Made by a program: the position numbers and the translations under genes. A DNA stretch of 62,729 nucleotides, counting the filler, from Ionaspis alba (taxonomy: Eukaryota): the NCBI GenBank assembly GCA_964255285.1. It is 5 parts of 5 records of this genome, joined end to end, with 100 filler letters (N's around TTAATTAATTAA, not from the genome) between each part and the next. Parts side by side here need not be neighbours in the genome. Positions count along the whole stretch, not along the records: positions 1 to 12,520 come from CAXUUL010000505.1; 4 more parts are not named here. One strand, 5' to 3'. The first letter of the stretch is position 1. Every line of letters begins with the position of its first letter. This document shows positions 1 through 12,620 of the stretch, in pieces. The notes beneath the pieces are model-generated. The model was not told the DNA's origin, searched no databases, and worked only from the letters and a program-made list of their open reading frames with translations.

Positions 1-1611
1 CACTTCTCCGCCCTCAACACATGACAAATGTCCGCCAGAACCTCCTCGATATCTTCCACATACGCCAGACAAGGTCTTAGCTGCTTTCCCCCAACCACCA
101 TCCCTACGGTCGACCTATCCCCCTCCCTAATAATCAACATTCCTGCCCCGCTCGGAAATGCAAATGGTTGCTCCATGTTTTTGACAACGGGCCATGCTCT
201 GGAGTGCGGCCCATAGGCACCAGACTCGCTCGGAAATCTCACAACCGATTTGATCATGCTGATATGGGAAGGCGGCTCGTCTGGTGCCTCATAAGCTGGA
301 ATGCAGGGTGGATTGCAAGGTGGCGCACAAGGTGGCTCGCAAGGCTTGCAGGATTTGAGCTTTGGGACGGCTCTGAGAGCTCTGCTTGGAGCAGAGAGAT
401 CATCTTGGGGAGGAGACCGCCCATCGTGGATGTTGGGGCATATGGGAGATGTAGCTTTGAGGACGAGGTGGGGAAAGGCGATCTGACATTTCAGGAGTCA
501 GTATGGCGTGCGTCGTGCCCGAGGATGGAGGACTCTTACCGTATTAGGTTTTTCGTGTATATCACGGGTTGGCTTAATGAGGGCCCAATTGAGACTTGTG
601 GAAAGGGAGATGTGGCTGTGCAATCCGGAGGATCGAGCGACGGTGCCGAAGGAAATGGGTGTGGTAGGGCGGCTTTGTTGTCGGTTGAGGTAGGCTGTGT
701 ATCTGGGTTGCTGAGGATGATGATACGGATTGGCTTCGATGGGCAATAGGGGCCGAGTAAGAATTTTCTTTTCCTCTTTAATCTTGACAGTGCTCGGGGA
801 GTCCACAACGATCTCTGAAAGTTCATCAGTTTTGTGCAAGGACGAAGGAGAGGTAAACATTACGATTCGCGCTATCAGTGTCGACGGCAACATCGTTCTC
901 AGACACCACATGATGACATGTAAGTCCATATAGGCTGGTGGTGCCACTCACGGTAACATTGAGGAAACACCCGACGGTCCCATTTCTGACAGTCTCTCCA
1001 CTTCCGACGCTGATGGTATCTCCACTCGTGGGTAGCTGGTATTTCGTTGATACAGGACAATCCTGTCTTGTCTTGTAGTGAACGAGCCTCGATATCTCCG
1101 TTACCACGGATTTGACCTCGATCATATGAAGTCCTCGGTATTTAGGACCTTCTAGCGTGGCTGGCTCGGTCCATGCTTGCCATTCCGTGGGGAGATGGCC
1201 CAAACAAAGATTAAGGACGTTTCGCTCTGCAGCTGGACTGATTTGCTCTAGAGCTGGGATGCGGGGCAGGGTGTCCGGTACGCCAATAAGAACCGTTACA
1301 GGATTTTCGTGCCAACATCGACTCCAGCCTGTTCGGAGGATGTCAACAGACATCCAAGCTACCCTGTTAGCATCTAGCTCGTTGATAACGAGATCGGTGA
1401 GCTTTTCGCTCCAGGCATGGAAGATGGGATCTTCGAGCAAGACAGGAAATATCTCGCTTTGGTGATTGGATCCAGAATTAGTTCTGCTTCTCCATAGAGG
1501 GTGCTCGAATTCTGTAGACGAGTCAATGAGACACTGTTGGATACGCAATATGAATAGAGAATGTTCACCGAAGGATTCCACACTCTGACCTGTACAATGG
1601 CGCCCAGCCAT
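1..1611 (-). CDS. Trypsin-like (Nal1/Ssy5-like fold) hypothetical protein, probably catalytically degenerate; 3' end runs off the window
   Basis: Manual splicing with GT-AG introns 1568-1512, 863-815 and 539-483 gives a continuous frame with GTVGCFL..YGLTCHHVV, GTVARSSG..LNWALIK, FAFPSGAGMLII..VGMVVGG..AYVEDIEEVLADI. This motif order matches fungal trypsin-like hypotheticals. The start (1611 or 1761) is uncertain. Confidence 0.7.
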
Positions 1612-1844
1612 CCTTGATTTATTTGTTAGTGAGTCAAGCGATGACTGTATGATACGGAGGCATCCTTGTGTTGCTTTGGCAAAATTGCAAGAAAGAACGA
1701 CGTTTCTTGGAAATTGACAATACATGGACAGCGAAGAATGATTTGATATTGGAAAGACCATATCAGCGCAGCATACATGTCGAGGCTACCTCGAGTTGAT
1801 GTCAACAAAACTTTCAACAAATTGTGCAGGAGCCGTCCTTCAGC

Positions 1845-4062
1845 CTACTTCTTCTCATCCATAGCCTCTGCCACCTTTACCTCATCATCCCTCAGACTGC
1901 CATCTCTGCTTCCTTTCCCTACCACTTCCTCTCCCTCAACCACCACACCTTCTCTTCTTCGTCCGCCCTTGCCAGTCAGATCTCTCCAAATGCCGCCGAA
2001 AGTCTGCGCCATACTACCTCTACCTTCCCAAAGCGGATAAAGACCCACTGCGCCTGCCGATCCAAACAACCACAGAATCCCCACAACGACCCATCCTGTA
2101 AAGAACGGCTTGCTGAACACATACCCACTCCCATACATGGGCATAGGCCAGAGCACAAGCAGCGCAAGTGTCATGATTCCGGTTAAGGATTTGGCGATGA
2201 GAGAAGAGCGGGCAAGAAGGGCACGTTCCTTCTCCGTTTCTTCGGGCGAGAGGCCCAGAGCAGCAGCGGGAGCTAGCTCGGGGTCGGCGGGGAGGCCAGC
2301 GTCGTCGGCGAGACGAATGGCTGCCATGGAGACGAAATCGTAATTTTGAGGACCAAAGGCGTAGGTAAGGACGGGGATAAAGATTATGGGAGAGAGAAGG
2401 GCGACAACATTGCCTGCTAACATAGGATTGCTATAGTAGAAGATTAGCTGGGTGGAAGGTGGGCTTTACGTAGTGATCTTACTTGGCTCCAGTGCTTTCC
2501 ACGGAGAGATCGCCGTACTGGGTTTTAGCTGTTACAAGCCAGGCGATCAGAGAGCAGAATAGGCCGAGGATTGGGGAGAGAGTGGCGGCAAGCATGTTTT
2601 GTTTGCTCCACATAAGGGTCAAGGTTGCGGGGAGAACGGCGGAGGAGATGATGACACCCATCATCAGATAAAGATAGCCAATTGAGATGCCAATGTCTAA
2701 ATAGCAAGGTCAGGATTTGCATTCCTTAATTGATGAGGTCTACGACACTTACAATACAGGCCAGTCGAGAAGGCAGCAAGCAGAATTGCATAGACGGCAA
2801 CACAAGTGTGTGCCATCCATATCAGTCTCTTGCCGCTGGCCTGGGGATTGAAGTAGGTCTGATAGATATCGTAGGTGAAGATGGACGATACTGCGATGAA
2901 CTCTGCAGAAGAAGCCGAGGTGACTGCCATGAAGATCAGGAGCAAGGATGCCGCTGCTCCACCTTTACCAAGCATGGCCACTGCAGCGTTGGGCAGAACG
3001 AGTCCAGCTGTCACATCTGCATCGGCCATACGCAAAGGGTAGGTAGGGAAGACGGGATTGGTCTCGAGAGCCAGTGCAGCGAGGCCCATGGTGGTTGCTG
3101 CCAGCCAGGGAATAGCGAACCACGAAAGGCCGCCCATAACATATCCAGGAAGCGCATGTACTGGGCTGGCAGCAATGGCCTTGTTGTAGTAGCCTAGTAA
3201 GTATGTCAGTCAAAGGTTTTTGGCTCTCCACAACTACAGACATACCGTTGTCACAGAACACAGTACCAAAGTTGCCAACAATATTTATCACGAAGAAGAT
3301 AGCCCCCTCTTTAGATTGCATTGTCAGATAGCTGCCTCCAGCATTTCCTTCGACCGGATGGCGCTTGGATGCTTCCACGAGGAGGTCAAACACCTTTCCA
3401 GGACTTCCAAGCTCGGCGTTGGTGGTATAGGCCGTGAATGCAAAGACGAAAATGATGATAAGAATCATCACCGTATGCACGTAGTCGGTAAGAAACGTCG
3501 CTTTGATGCCACCGAAGACCGTGTATAGCACGACTCCGACCGGTAGCAAGAAACAAGCCGCGGCTGTAGGCATCCCAGTCAAAGAAGTGACAACAGCCGA
3601 TCCACCGGTGAGCAACATAGCCGTGACTAGGATGTTGGTCATCAGTCCGAAGACGGTGAAGACGAGATGAGTGTAAACGCCATATCGAGCCCGGATGACT
3701 TCGAGGAAGGTGTGGGCATTGGGCGCTCGACGCTTCAGCTCGATAGCCAAAGTCGCGAAGAGCAAGATCTGGACCGTCGCACCCGATGCATACCAGAACG
3801 GGCCCGATACACCATATCTATAGGCAACACCAGACGACTGTAGTAGAGTGGCAGCCCATGTCCAGGAAGACACCACGGCAGAGGCCACAAGCCCGGATTT
3901 GACAGTCCTTCCTGCTGTACTGAACATCTCGGATGTCTGCACCTCGTTTCTGTATCTCTTGAGCACCCAGGTGGTGATGATCATGCCCAAGGCGAAAGCA
4001 AAGCCCAGTCCGAGGACAATGCCATAGCCAAAAGCCTGGCTCAACGGCGGTTCTTGGGCCAT
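1845..4062 (-). CDS. DUR3: Urea active transporter (sodium:solute symporter family), 4 exons
   Basis: Motifs [58 protein letters not shown] and [15 protein letters not shown]. Introns 3245-3194, 2752-2697 and 2482-2431 join the ORF pieces in frame. Confidence 0.95.
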
Positions 4063-4196
4063 TTTGATATCACAAGAAATCAGTTTCAACGATCAAGCAA
4101 TGGATTAACCAAGCTAACAAAACTCTGCGGACAAATCGACAGCAGAAGGCGACAAGATATAGAAAAGAGAGAACCCAAACGCCGTATCAACATTCG

Positions 4197-4630
4197 AGAT
4201 AAAGCTCCAGGCTTAGAGAAGTGTGGAGACATGCTTGATCGATGCATGCAAGGTAGGAGGAGGCCGATGCCGGTAACGATAAGGAAGAACCATTGTAGAG
4301 AGTTCGCATTGGGACATCCAATTGGCTTTTAGAACAATGCGCCCCAGCTGCAGGATAGCTATTGGCAGGCGACGTCATTGGTGGACGACGGTGCATGGCT
4401 AGTGAAAGGCTTGAAACTGGAGATGTGGGAATGATCTGCCGTGATAACTGATTAGTGGGGGATACAAGAGATGAGATGCTGGTGGTTTTTGAGATAAGGA
4501 CGAAGAAATAATTCGGATTTCGTAACTTCGTATCTTGCCGGTGATCTGCCGATTGGGTCTAAACCTGTGCTGAGTTGCCGATACATGTCGACATAAACAG
4601 TGGTCTTGCCGCCGTATGTATGGAAGATAG
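4197..4630. promoter_or_regulatory. Cluster of HGATAR (AreA/GATA nitrogen-regulation) sites upstream of DUR3
   Basis: AGATAA 4197, CGATAA 4277, TGATAA 4442, AGATAA 4492 and AGATAG 4625. Fungal urea transporters are known GATA-factor targets. Confidence 0.5.
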
Positions 4631-4996
4631 TGGTTTGAGACCGTAAGGTCTAGGAATTTCCAAATGACCCGTTCAGATGCGCGCTTGCTCAGATCCACAG
4701 ACAACAATAGACGCCGATGAAATTGCTGCCGAAGGTACACCTTCTACGACTAATAATTTGTGCACTCGACCTTTGGACCTGAGCACAGAATACTCGAGAA
4801 ACCTTGGTTCCTCAAAAAAAAAAGAGTCCTTGCGCCTTAGCAACGACCAAATATTCGCACGTTCCAGCATTTTGGTGCCACATATATTGACAACGTCATT
4901 CCCAGTTGAGGCCAAATCTCATCGCAACGGAAAAAACTCTTCGCAATGTCACGGGGCATTTGGATGATGACCCAATGTCCAATTGTAACTCGTTTT

Positions 4997-5784
4997 CTAT
5001 TGTGTTTTGAATAGCAGGATAGCGCAATGACCAAGATAGAAGTATATGAAATGTTTCGTCTCTGCGAGTCAATCCTCGTCAGCAAATTCGTTCGATAGAA
5101 AGCACTTCTTCTCCCGCAGATTACTCCACCATGAAGCGTGATAGCCAGAACTTGGAGCATTGGTGTGTGATACCGGACAACATTTTTCGTGAGGGCCCAA
5201 TATCGCCATCCACCTCGCCGAAGTGTCACTACAGTGTAATGAGATTCGTCTCAGACGTACCATGTGTGACGAAACTGCCAAAGTTCCTACCCACGATACA
5301 ATGCCATGTCGCTCCCTTTCTCGAATCAAACTGAAGCCTAGTCAGCACGGTTCAATGCCGAGCTGGTACTGTAGAGATCGAAAGTCCCAATCCCGATTGT
5401 ACTCACCTCCTTTTTGATATACTGCGCGATGTCCTGGTCACCGTCCTATTAGCACGCCTGATTCTGGCTGTTTAATCCTGATCCCATACCTTCTCAATGG
5501 TGTATTTCTCCATTGCCTCCGTAGCTTGGTGTCCATTAGCATCCTCTTCCATAGATCCTGGATTATTTGTTTAGGGTAGCGTACCAACTTCGACGGCTTC
5601 TTGCTGCATGTCCTCGTTCTGCGCGCATCGCATTCAGTCTCGTAACAGTGCTTAATGCGTCATTGACCATACCATATCAGCAGACTTTATCTGCGCTACT
5701 CGACGATCAGCCTTGAATCTCGTTGCAAACAGTAAAGACAGACGGCGCACCATCAAGCTTCTTTTTCTTCTCTTCCGTCGCCAT
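4997..5784 (-). CDS. DYN2: Cytoplasmic dynein light chain LC8 (nudG/DYN2), 7 short exons
   Basis: Exons 5784-5751, 5695-5673, 5618-5585, 5524-5490, 5433-5407, 5330-5261 and 5061-4997 splice to [95 protein letters not shown]. Confidence 0.95.
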
Positions 5785-6141
5785 TGTTTGTAACCGAGTA
5801 TATACTATCGAACCGCAAGCAGAGACTTAGGTAGATGTGTTTTCAACAGGGTCGGAAAGAATTGGACTGGCAGGCTAATTCTTAATATCGAGTAGGTATT
5901 AGTGACGGGGGCTGGGATGTTTCGGAGGCCCGTTGGCACTAAAACACGGGGAACAAAATAATAACGGCGGGGTCCTTTGGCCGATCCTCGCTTGTGTAGT
6001 ACAAATAACCCTGCATGTGCGAATTGTGGTCTGTGCTTTCATCACGAACATTTTCCGTGCCCAAGATCTAATCCATTAGCAGGCATGCTTTCACAATGTG
6101 AACAGTACGGCTAAACGCAGTACTAGTGGGGAAATACAGCT

Positions 6142-8952
6142 ATGGAGTCGTCAAGGATCTTTGTCCGAGGTCTGCCACCAAACTTTACGGAGGCAGAATT
6201 CAAGAAACACTTTTCCAACCCATCTGCCGTGACGGATGTGAAATTTATGCCCAAGCGGCGCATTGGGTATGTAGGCTACAAGAACCACAATGACGCCGAG
6301 AAGGCAGTCAAATACTTCAACAAGTCATTCATACGGATGTCAAGGATTGGAGTAGAATTAGCCAGACCTGTAGGGCACCAAATACCCTTGTCAAATGCTC
6401 AGAGCAGTACTGACCAGGCCTAGTTTGAAGAAGCAAAAACCATCGAGCCCAAGCCCATTCCCGGATCCCCTATCTCTCGGGGCGGCCCAACGAACAAGAG
6501 GAAGAGAGAAGATATACAGAACAATGTATCGAATCCAAAGCTCCAGGAATTTCTTGAGGTCATGCAACCGCCCTCGAAGAGCAAAATATGGGCAAACGAA
6601 GGCGTGTTTGGCATCGGTGCAAATGATACTCCCCTTATCGAGGTTGTTGCTCCTGGCGTGGAGGACAATGCCAGTGATCAGGAATATCAGCCCGTCACCA
6701 AGAAGATAAAGCGGTCATCAACGACTGTTACATCACAGCAACGACAGACACCGCCACGCGATGACGACGAGCAGAGAACGAAGGGCGCCGAGAACAGAAC
6801 CTCCGAGGAAGAAGGCACTTTTGTTGAAGAGACGGAAGCGACGGTAACACAGACTGATACGAATGTCACCACAGCATCTGATGCGGATTGGCTCCGCTCT
6901 CGTACCAGCAGATTGCTCGGTCTTGTCGAGGACGATGACTACACTCCAACTACTGCACCAGTGGCCGAAGTAAATGAAGAGGAGAAACCGATTCGTCAAC
7001 ATCCTATAGTACTACCAAAAGCCACATCCGATGCCGGTAGTCAAACCAGCGAACAGCCTAGCCTAGCCGTTCCCGAAGCTTGGGAAGACAAACAAAAGAC
7101 GGAAGGTATGGCGGTCGACAATATACGAACCGGACGTTTATTTGTTCGAAATCTCTCATACACTACCTCTGAGGCGGAGTTGAGGGACCACTTTGCTAAT
7201 TATGGACTTCTTGAAGAGGTGAGTCTTTAATCGCTCTATGTCGATACTTTTAGGCTTCGTGTTGTGTGATGAATATCCTGATAGGGACAGCTCATGCTTT
7301 GCATATGATGTTACCAGGAAGAGTGTTTTAGTAGATGCTTCTTACTATCTGAAAATCTCTGATAGCTTATTGAGGTCAAATGAGTCTTTGTCGTTTGCAT
7401 GCTCATTAGTATCAGGTTCATGTGGCAATCGATCCTCGATCCGGTATCAGTAAGGGCTTCGCATACATTCAATTTGAAGATCCAGAGAGAGCAGAGCAAG
7501 CACGCTCGGAATTGGATGGAAAGCCTTTCCAAGGTCGACTCATTCACATACTTCCGGCATCTCTTAAGAGGGAGAACACGATTGATGAGTATGCGATCTC
7601 AAAGCTTCCGATCAAGAAGCAGAAACAAATAAGAAGGAAGGCTGAGGCTGCAACTTCTATTTTCAAGTGGAACTCGATGTACATGAATGTAGGATCTGAA
7701 GTGGTCTTTGAGGGTTCTCTTGTTTACTGTATGATAGTCCGACGCCATTATGTCCTCCATCTCAAATCGATTGGGACTCTCCAAGTCGGAGATTCTCAAC
7801 CCGACCTCTTCAGACGCCGCCATTAGGCAAGCACACGCTGAGACAAACATTATCCAAGAGACGAAGGCATACTTTGGGTCGCATGGTGTCAATCTTGAGG
7901 CATTCAAGAAAAAAGAGTTCAGCGACTCAGTCATTCTGGTGAAGAACTTCTCCTATGGCACCACATCGGAAGAGCTCAGGAAGCTGTTTGAGCCACATGG
8001 AAGCTTGACCAAATTACTAATGCCACCATCTGGAACAATCGCTATCGTTCAGTTCGAGCTGCCTACACAGGCTCGATCCGCGTTTGGCACGTTGTCATAT
8101 CGGAAATTCAAGGATTCGGTGTTGTTCCTGGAAAAGGCACCGAAGGGTATTTTTAACTCCAGCGCTACGTACACGACACCAGCCACGATGAATGCTGGAA
8201 AGGCTGCAAAGCCTTCCACAATAGACCTATTGGAAGAATCCACTGAACAGCAGCTTGCAAACACCTCTACCCTATTCGTGCGTAACCTCAATTTTTCCAC
8301 GACAACAGCACACCTACATGACACATTCCAGCCATTGAATGGCTTCTTATCTGCACGTGTCAAAACAAAGACGGACCCGAAACGGCCTGGTCAGGTTTTG
8401 AGTATGGGGTTTGGCTTTTTGGAATTCAAGACCAAAAGAGATGCGCAATCGGCACTTCAAGCGATGAACGGTTACAGACTGGATGGGCATGAACTTCTAA
8501 TTAAAGAGTCCCATAAAGCTATGGACGCTGCAGAAGAGAGGCGGAAAGAAGATGTTGCAAAGAAGCTTGCGGGACGAAGAACCAAAGTCATTATCAAGAA
8601 CCTCCCCTTCGAAGCGACCAAGAAAGATGTCCGAGCATTATTTGGCTCATATGGCCAGTTGCGGTCGGTCAGAGTACCAAAGAAACTCGACAGCTCGACT
8701 CGTGGATTCGCGTTTGCAGATTTTGTCACGGCACGAGAGGCCGAGAATGCTATGGATGCACTAAGAGACACGCATCTTCTAGGGCGGAGATTGGTCTTGG
8801 ACTTTGCCACGGAAGACGCCGTTGATCCTGAGGAAGAGATCGAGAAGATGCAGAAAAAGGTCGGCAGGCAAGCAGATAAGGTTGCCTTGCAGAAACTTAC
8901 CGGCATTGGGAGGAGGAAATTCGCGGTGGAAGGGCCTAACGAGGACGAGTAG
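6142..8952 (+). CDS. MRD1: Multiple RRM-domain 18S rRNA processing protein Mrd1, 4 exons
   Basis: N-terminal SRIFVRGLPP RRM plus further RRMs (RLFVRNLSY, ILVKNF, TLFVRNLNF, KVIIKNLPF, THLLGRRLVL). Introns 6370-6423, 7219-7415 and 7689-7737. Confidence 0.93.
7261..7366 (+). ncRNA. snR64: Intronic box C/D snoRNA, snR64/SNORD74-like (guide for 25S rRNA Cm2337, yeast numbering)
   Basis: Lies in the 197-nt MRD1 intron 2. Box C GTGATGA at 7266, guide GATAGGGACAG at 7280-7290 antisense to conserved LSU CUGUCCCUAUC, D'-like CTCA at 7291, a short hairpin, C' ATGATGT at 7305, box D CTGA at 7359, and a weak terminal stem. Confidence 0.8.
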
Positions 8953-9313
8953 AGTCNNNNNNNNNNNNNNNNNNNNNNNNNNNNNNNNNNNNNNNNNNNN
9001 NNNNNNNNNNNNNNNNNNNNNNNNNNNNNNNNNNNNNNNNNNNNNNNNNNNNNNNNGGCATTGGGAGGAGGAAATTCGCGGTGGAAGGGCCTAACGAGGA
9101 CGAGTAGAGTCAACCGCCCGCTTATTTACCTCCCTTGCCCGAATGAGGACACCTGATCGCACGTGGAGGTTCGATCCCTTTATTGACTCAACTATTAGAC
9201 CTTATAACGACTTACAGTGCAAGGTCTTGTCCAGATTGTGCATCGTTAATTTGCATTCACTCGATCTGTGGCCATACTAGGTTGTTGTGCTCGGATAGAA
9301 AGAAATTATTTCT

Positions 9314-9833
9314 CATTCCATCAACATTCTCGAGGTTACCTTGACAGCACAACATAACCTCATTCCAAGAGACCCTCCACAGATCTCCTTGGTTTTGGCT
9401 CTAGGCCCAATCAGAGACCGGTTGTCCCCCTTGCTTCCACATGACTTTGACCTTAAGCGCATACTATACCTGAATCGGAGATGTCATCGGGCTTGTAGTT
9501 GCCCTAGGCACGCTCATCGTGTCTTAGCACTATCTCCGAGCCGTCTTGTATGATGTACCTCCTTTCCTTTCTTGTGTCTAATTGCCCTTCGAATCTGTAC
9601 CTGCTAGAACCTATAAACAAGCGAACAGGGCTCTTCAACTGGCATTCTCTCCTTCAACTTCGCCATCGTTCTCTATCATTCCTTTTGATTTTCCCTCGAG
9701 CAGGATCACTCATTCCAGCATATTTTACGACATTTTTACTATCATTCCTTTTGATTTTCCCTCGAGCAGGATCACTCATTCCAGCATATTTTACGACATT
9801 TTTACTATCATTCCTTCCTTTAAGGGGCATTCC
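9314..9833 (+). promoter_or_regulatory. Dense cluster of TEA/AbaA response elements (CATTCY) upstream of the TEA gene
   Basis: CATTCY at 9314, 9325, 9361, 9643, 9677, 9711, 9743, 9777, 9809 and 9828, all on the + strand. Confidence 0.65.
9673..9816. repeat. 66-bp tandem duplication (about 2.2 copies)
   Basis: Identical units start at 9673 and 9739, with a partial copy at 9805 (CTATCATTCCTTTTGATTTTCCCTCGAGCAGG...). Confidence 0.95.
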
Positions 9834-9856
9834 TACCCCAGTGCACCGACCATACT

Positions 9857-12520
9857 ATGGTACTTGTGCCGAACGCTCCTCTTGTACCAGAGAGCAAGGC
9901 TTCTGTACAACGAGTCCTCCGGACGACCTCTGGCAATACACATTCGAATATAGAGAATGGTTTTGGCCCATCGAAGCCAATACAACAGCCTCATCAATAT
10001 GTTGAGTTACAGCATCCACGTAATTCGCAGGAGTCGCAATCGTCGCAAAGTAAAGCTCAGAAAGAAGAGATTGAACAGCGCGAGAAATGGCAACGTCTAA
10101 GTAGAGCTATCACTGGTCAACAGCGAAAGTCGGCACGATATGTCGCATACAGGAAGCGTCAAAGAAAGGAGAAGGGTAAGGATGGCAAGGAAGTATGGTC
10201 GGTTGAGATGGACGATGCGTTCATGAGAGGTGAATTCAAGATTGTCACGTTGCAATTTCAATATGACTAACTTGTTCATAGCTATCCGTACTGTTCGTCC
10301 GATAGGCAAGAAGAAAATGATGATGATGCAGAGCGATGGGCATCAAAAGCAATGCGGCACGAATGAATTGATCGCCGCTGAGATGTTCAGACTCACCGGA
10401 GAGATGCGTACTCGGAAGCAAATATCAAGCCATATCCAAGTTCTGAACAATCTGATGAAAAACTTGGAGAATCAGCCAATCATCGACGACCCTAGACCAC
10501 CTGAATCGGAAGACTTCAACGACATAAAGTATGAATGGAACTTCCCACATCCCTTTAGCGGAAACAACCCTTTCGAAGTTGGCTTCCAGCCAAAAACATA
10601 CTCACCAGGATCGTCAACTACATCGCTTCAAACTCAAATTCAGAGCATTCAATTCCACATGTGCGTATATCCTCCAGAGGGACTCGAAGCTATGCATCTC
10701 TACACCACAATGCAAAGTGAAATGGGAGCACAAACTCGGCCCATCGAACAAGAACCGGAGTGGCACCTGAGGTATCCTGGCCTAGCACGAATCCATCAGT
10801 CTCGTCACCCATTGACAAGTGAAATAATCCTCCTTGAAACCAACCTTGCACTTATGGAGGAGCTTCCAGCCAAAGGCTCGTCGCTCAGCATCCACTTGTT
10901 CGCAAACTTGGCAGGCAAACAGACTAATTCAAACTGGAGATCTCGGACGACTTTCTACGAAGCCGCCGAAGCCAAGGATGAGTGCCTGAAGACTCTGAAT
11001 GTCGCCCATGATGAGCACTCCGAACGTACACAGCTTGAAATCCCGCTAGAAAGTACCTGGTGGGTTCGCCTTTTCCACCAGATAACTGCCCGGCGCCATG
11101 AGCTACGAGCCAATTGGAATGCCAAACTGCGCGAAAACCCTCATCTTCAATGGTAAAACATCCTTCCGAATCTGATAAGTAGATGGCTATTGACTTCTCT
11201 GCTATAACCAGCTACTGCGATACCTGCAAGTCCCTCAATGAATCCGCACAGTTTGCCCTGCACAAAGAAGAAGAAAACACTCGCCGCTATCTTCGCGAAA
11301 TGACTATTACACAGGAGCTGTTCTCCGAGTTCTCTTCCCACCCTCAGACCATCCTTCTCTGGCGTTTTCGACAAGCTCGTCCACATGAAGCTGCAACTAC
11401 CACCTGGCGCCATTTGGTTCCACCGGCCAATCAAACATCCTCGGATTTCGTAACAACCACCCTGCCTCTAGAAGCATGCTCAAATGCCTACACCGACCCT
11501 CTCCTTCTGGCCTCACAACCCTCATCGCAGTTTCATGGCCAGTACAATCTTCCCACGCACATCAGCCAGAACGATGTTCCGTCGCACCAGCTTTCACAAA
11601 TTGCCTACGACCATCCCTTTCATCCTGATACCCCACTTGAACTTCACAACCAAAATCAACCTCGCGAGCAGTGGGAGGCTTTCGCTCAAATCCACCCCGA
11701 TCTCTTCTCTAAACCCGTCCACCTCTCCCCAACCCAGCGCTACTCGTCCCCAACACACACTCTCCCCTCCTTCAAATCCCGTCCTGCCGAAACGCTCTAC
11801 CCTTACCCCCAGCCTTTCCTGCCCTCACAACCAGCCTCGCACGCAACGCCCGAACATGCTAGTGAAAATTTCCAAAGCCAGACTCAAAGTCATAGTCAAG
11901 AGTCGTTCTCGACGCAAGATAATATCGAAAGCTTTGAGACAGATCCAGGAGACGGCGTCTTTGACTCACAAGTCGAGATGACCGATTTCGGCGCTGAATC
12001 TCAAGGACTGACAGACCCGACTCTCGAAGACTTCACCGGTGGCCATATCGACCTTAGCTACGACGTCAACATCCCGTCGGACGATATCACGGCTTCCAAC
12101 GTTGGCGTGGACCCTACCCACCACGTCGATATAAGCAACCACCACGATAACATGTCTCCGGACCAAGACATCATTGCACCAACAGCACAAATGGGTTTCG
12201 GCAGCGTGCAAAACCTGGAAAAGGAGCTTCTCCGCCTTGAACGCAACTGCGATCGCCGACTCGCGCGAGAGGGTAGTAATTTTGTGGACTCCAATCTACG
12301 TGCTCAGCAGATGGAGAACCTGCAGACTGACGAACATGCCCAGAACTCGCAGCCTCATGCGCAAATCATTCATCTCCAAGAGTCCGACGAGCAGCAATCC
12401 CAGCTCGAGCAGGAGGTGCAAGCCATTCAGGAGATGAGCGATGGCCAGATAGTATTTGAGCCTCATTGGGGAGTTTTTCCACAGGGATTGTTCGCAGATG
12501 TCGGGTTTGAGGTCGGAGAG
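9857..12520 (+). CDS. abaA: TEA/ATTS-domain transcription factor, AbaA-like; truncated at the scaffold end
   Basis: Spliced TEA domain YRKRQR..EVWSVEMDDAFMRAIRTVRPIGKKK..GTNELIA..LTGEMRTRKQISSHIQVL, and downstream ILLWRFRQARPHEAATTTWRHL. Introns 10230-10281 and 11153-11211. Start codon uncertain. Confidence 0.8.
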
Positions 12521-12620
12521 NNNNNNNNNNNNNNNNNNNNNNNNNNNNNNNNNNNNNNNNNNNNTTAATTAATTAANNNNNNNNNNNNNNNNNNNNNNNN
12601 NNNNNNNNNNNNNNNNNNNN
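12521..12620. other. Artificial scaffold linker (N44-TTAATTAATTAA-N44)
   Basis: Linker gives stops in all six frames. The same structure occurs four times in the window. Confidence 0.97.

Noticed and set aside
8902..9111. 55-bp direct repeat of the MRD1 3' end flanking a 100-N gap
   Set aside because: Identical sequence either side of a gap is typical of an unmerged contig overlap, not a duplication.
9165..9181. GGTTCGATCCC T-loop-like motif
   Set aside because: No A-box, acceptor stem or anticodon arm can be folded, so it is not a tRNA.
9550..10005. 151-aa ORF with a 22-aa repeat
   Set aside because: By-product of the 66-bp upstream duplication; it overlaps the TEA gene start in another frame.
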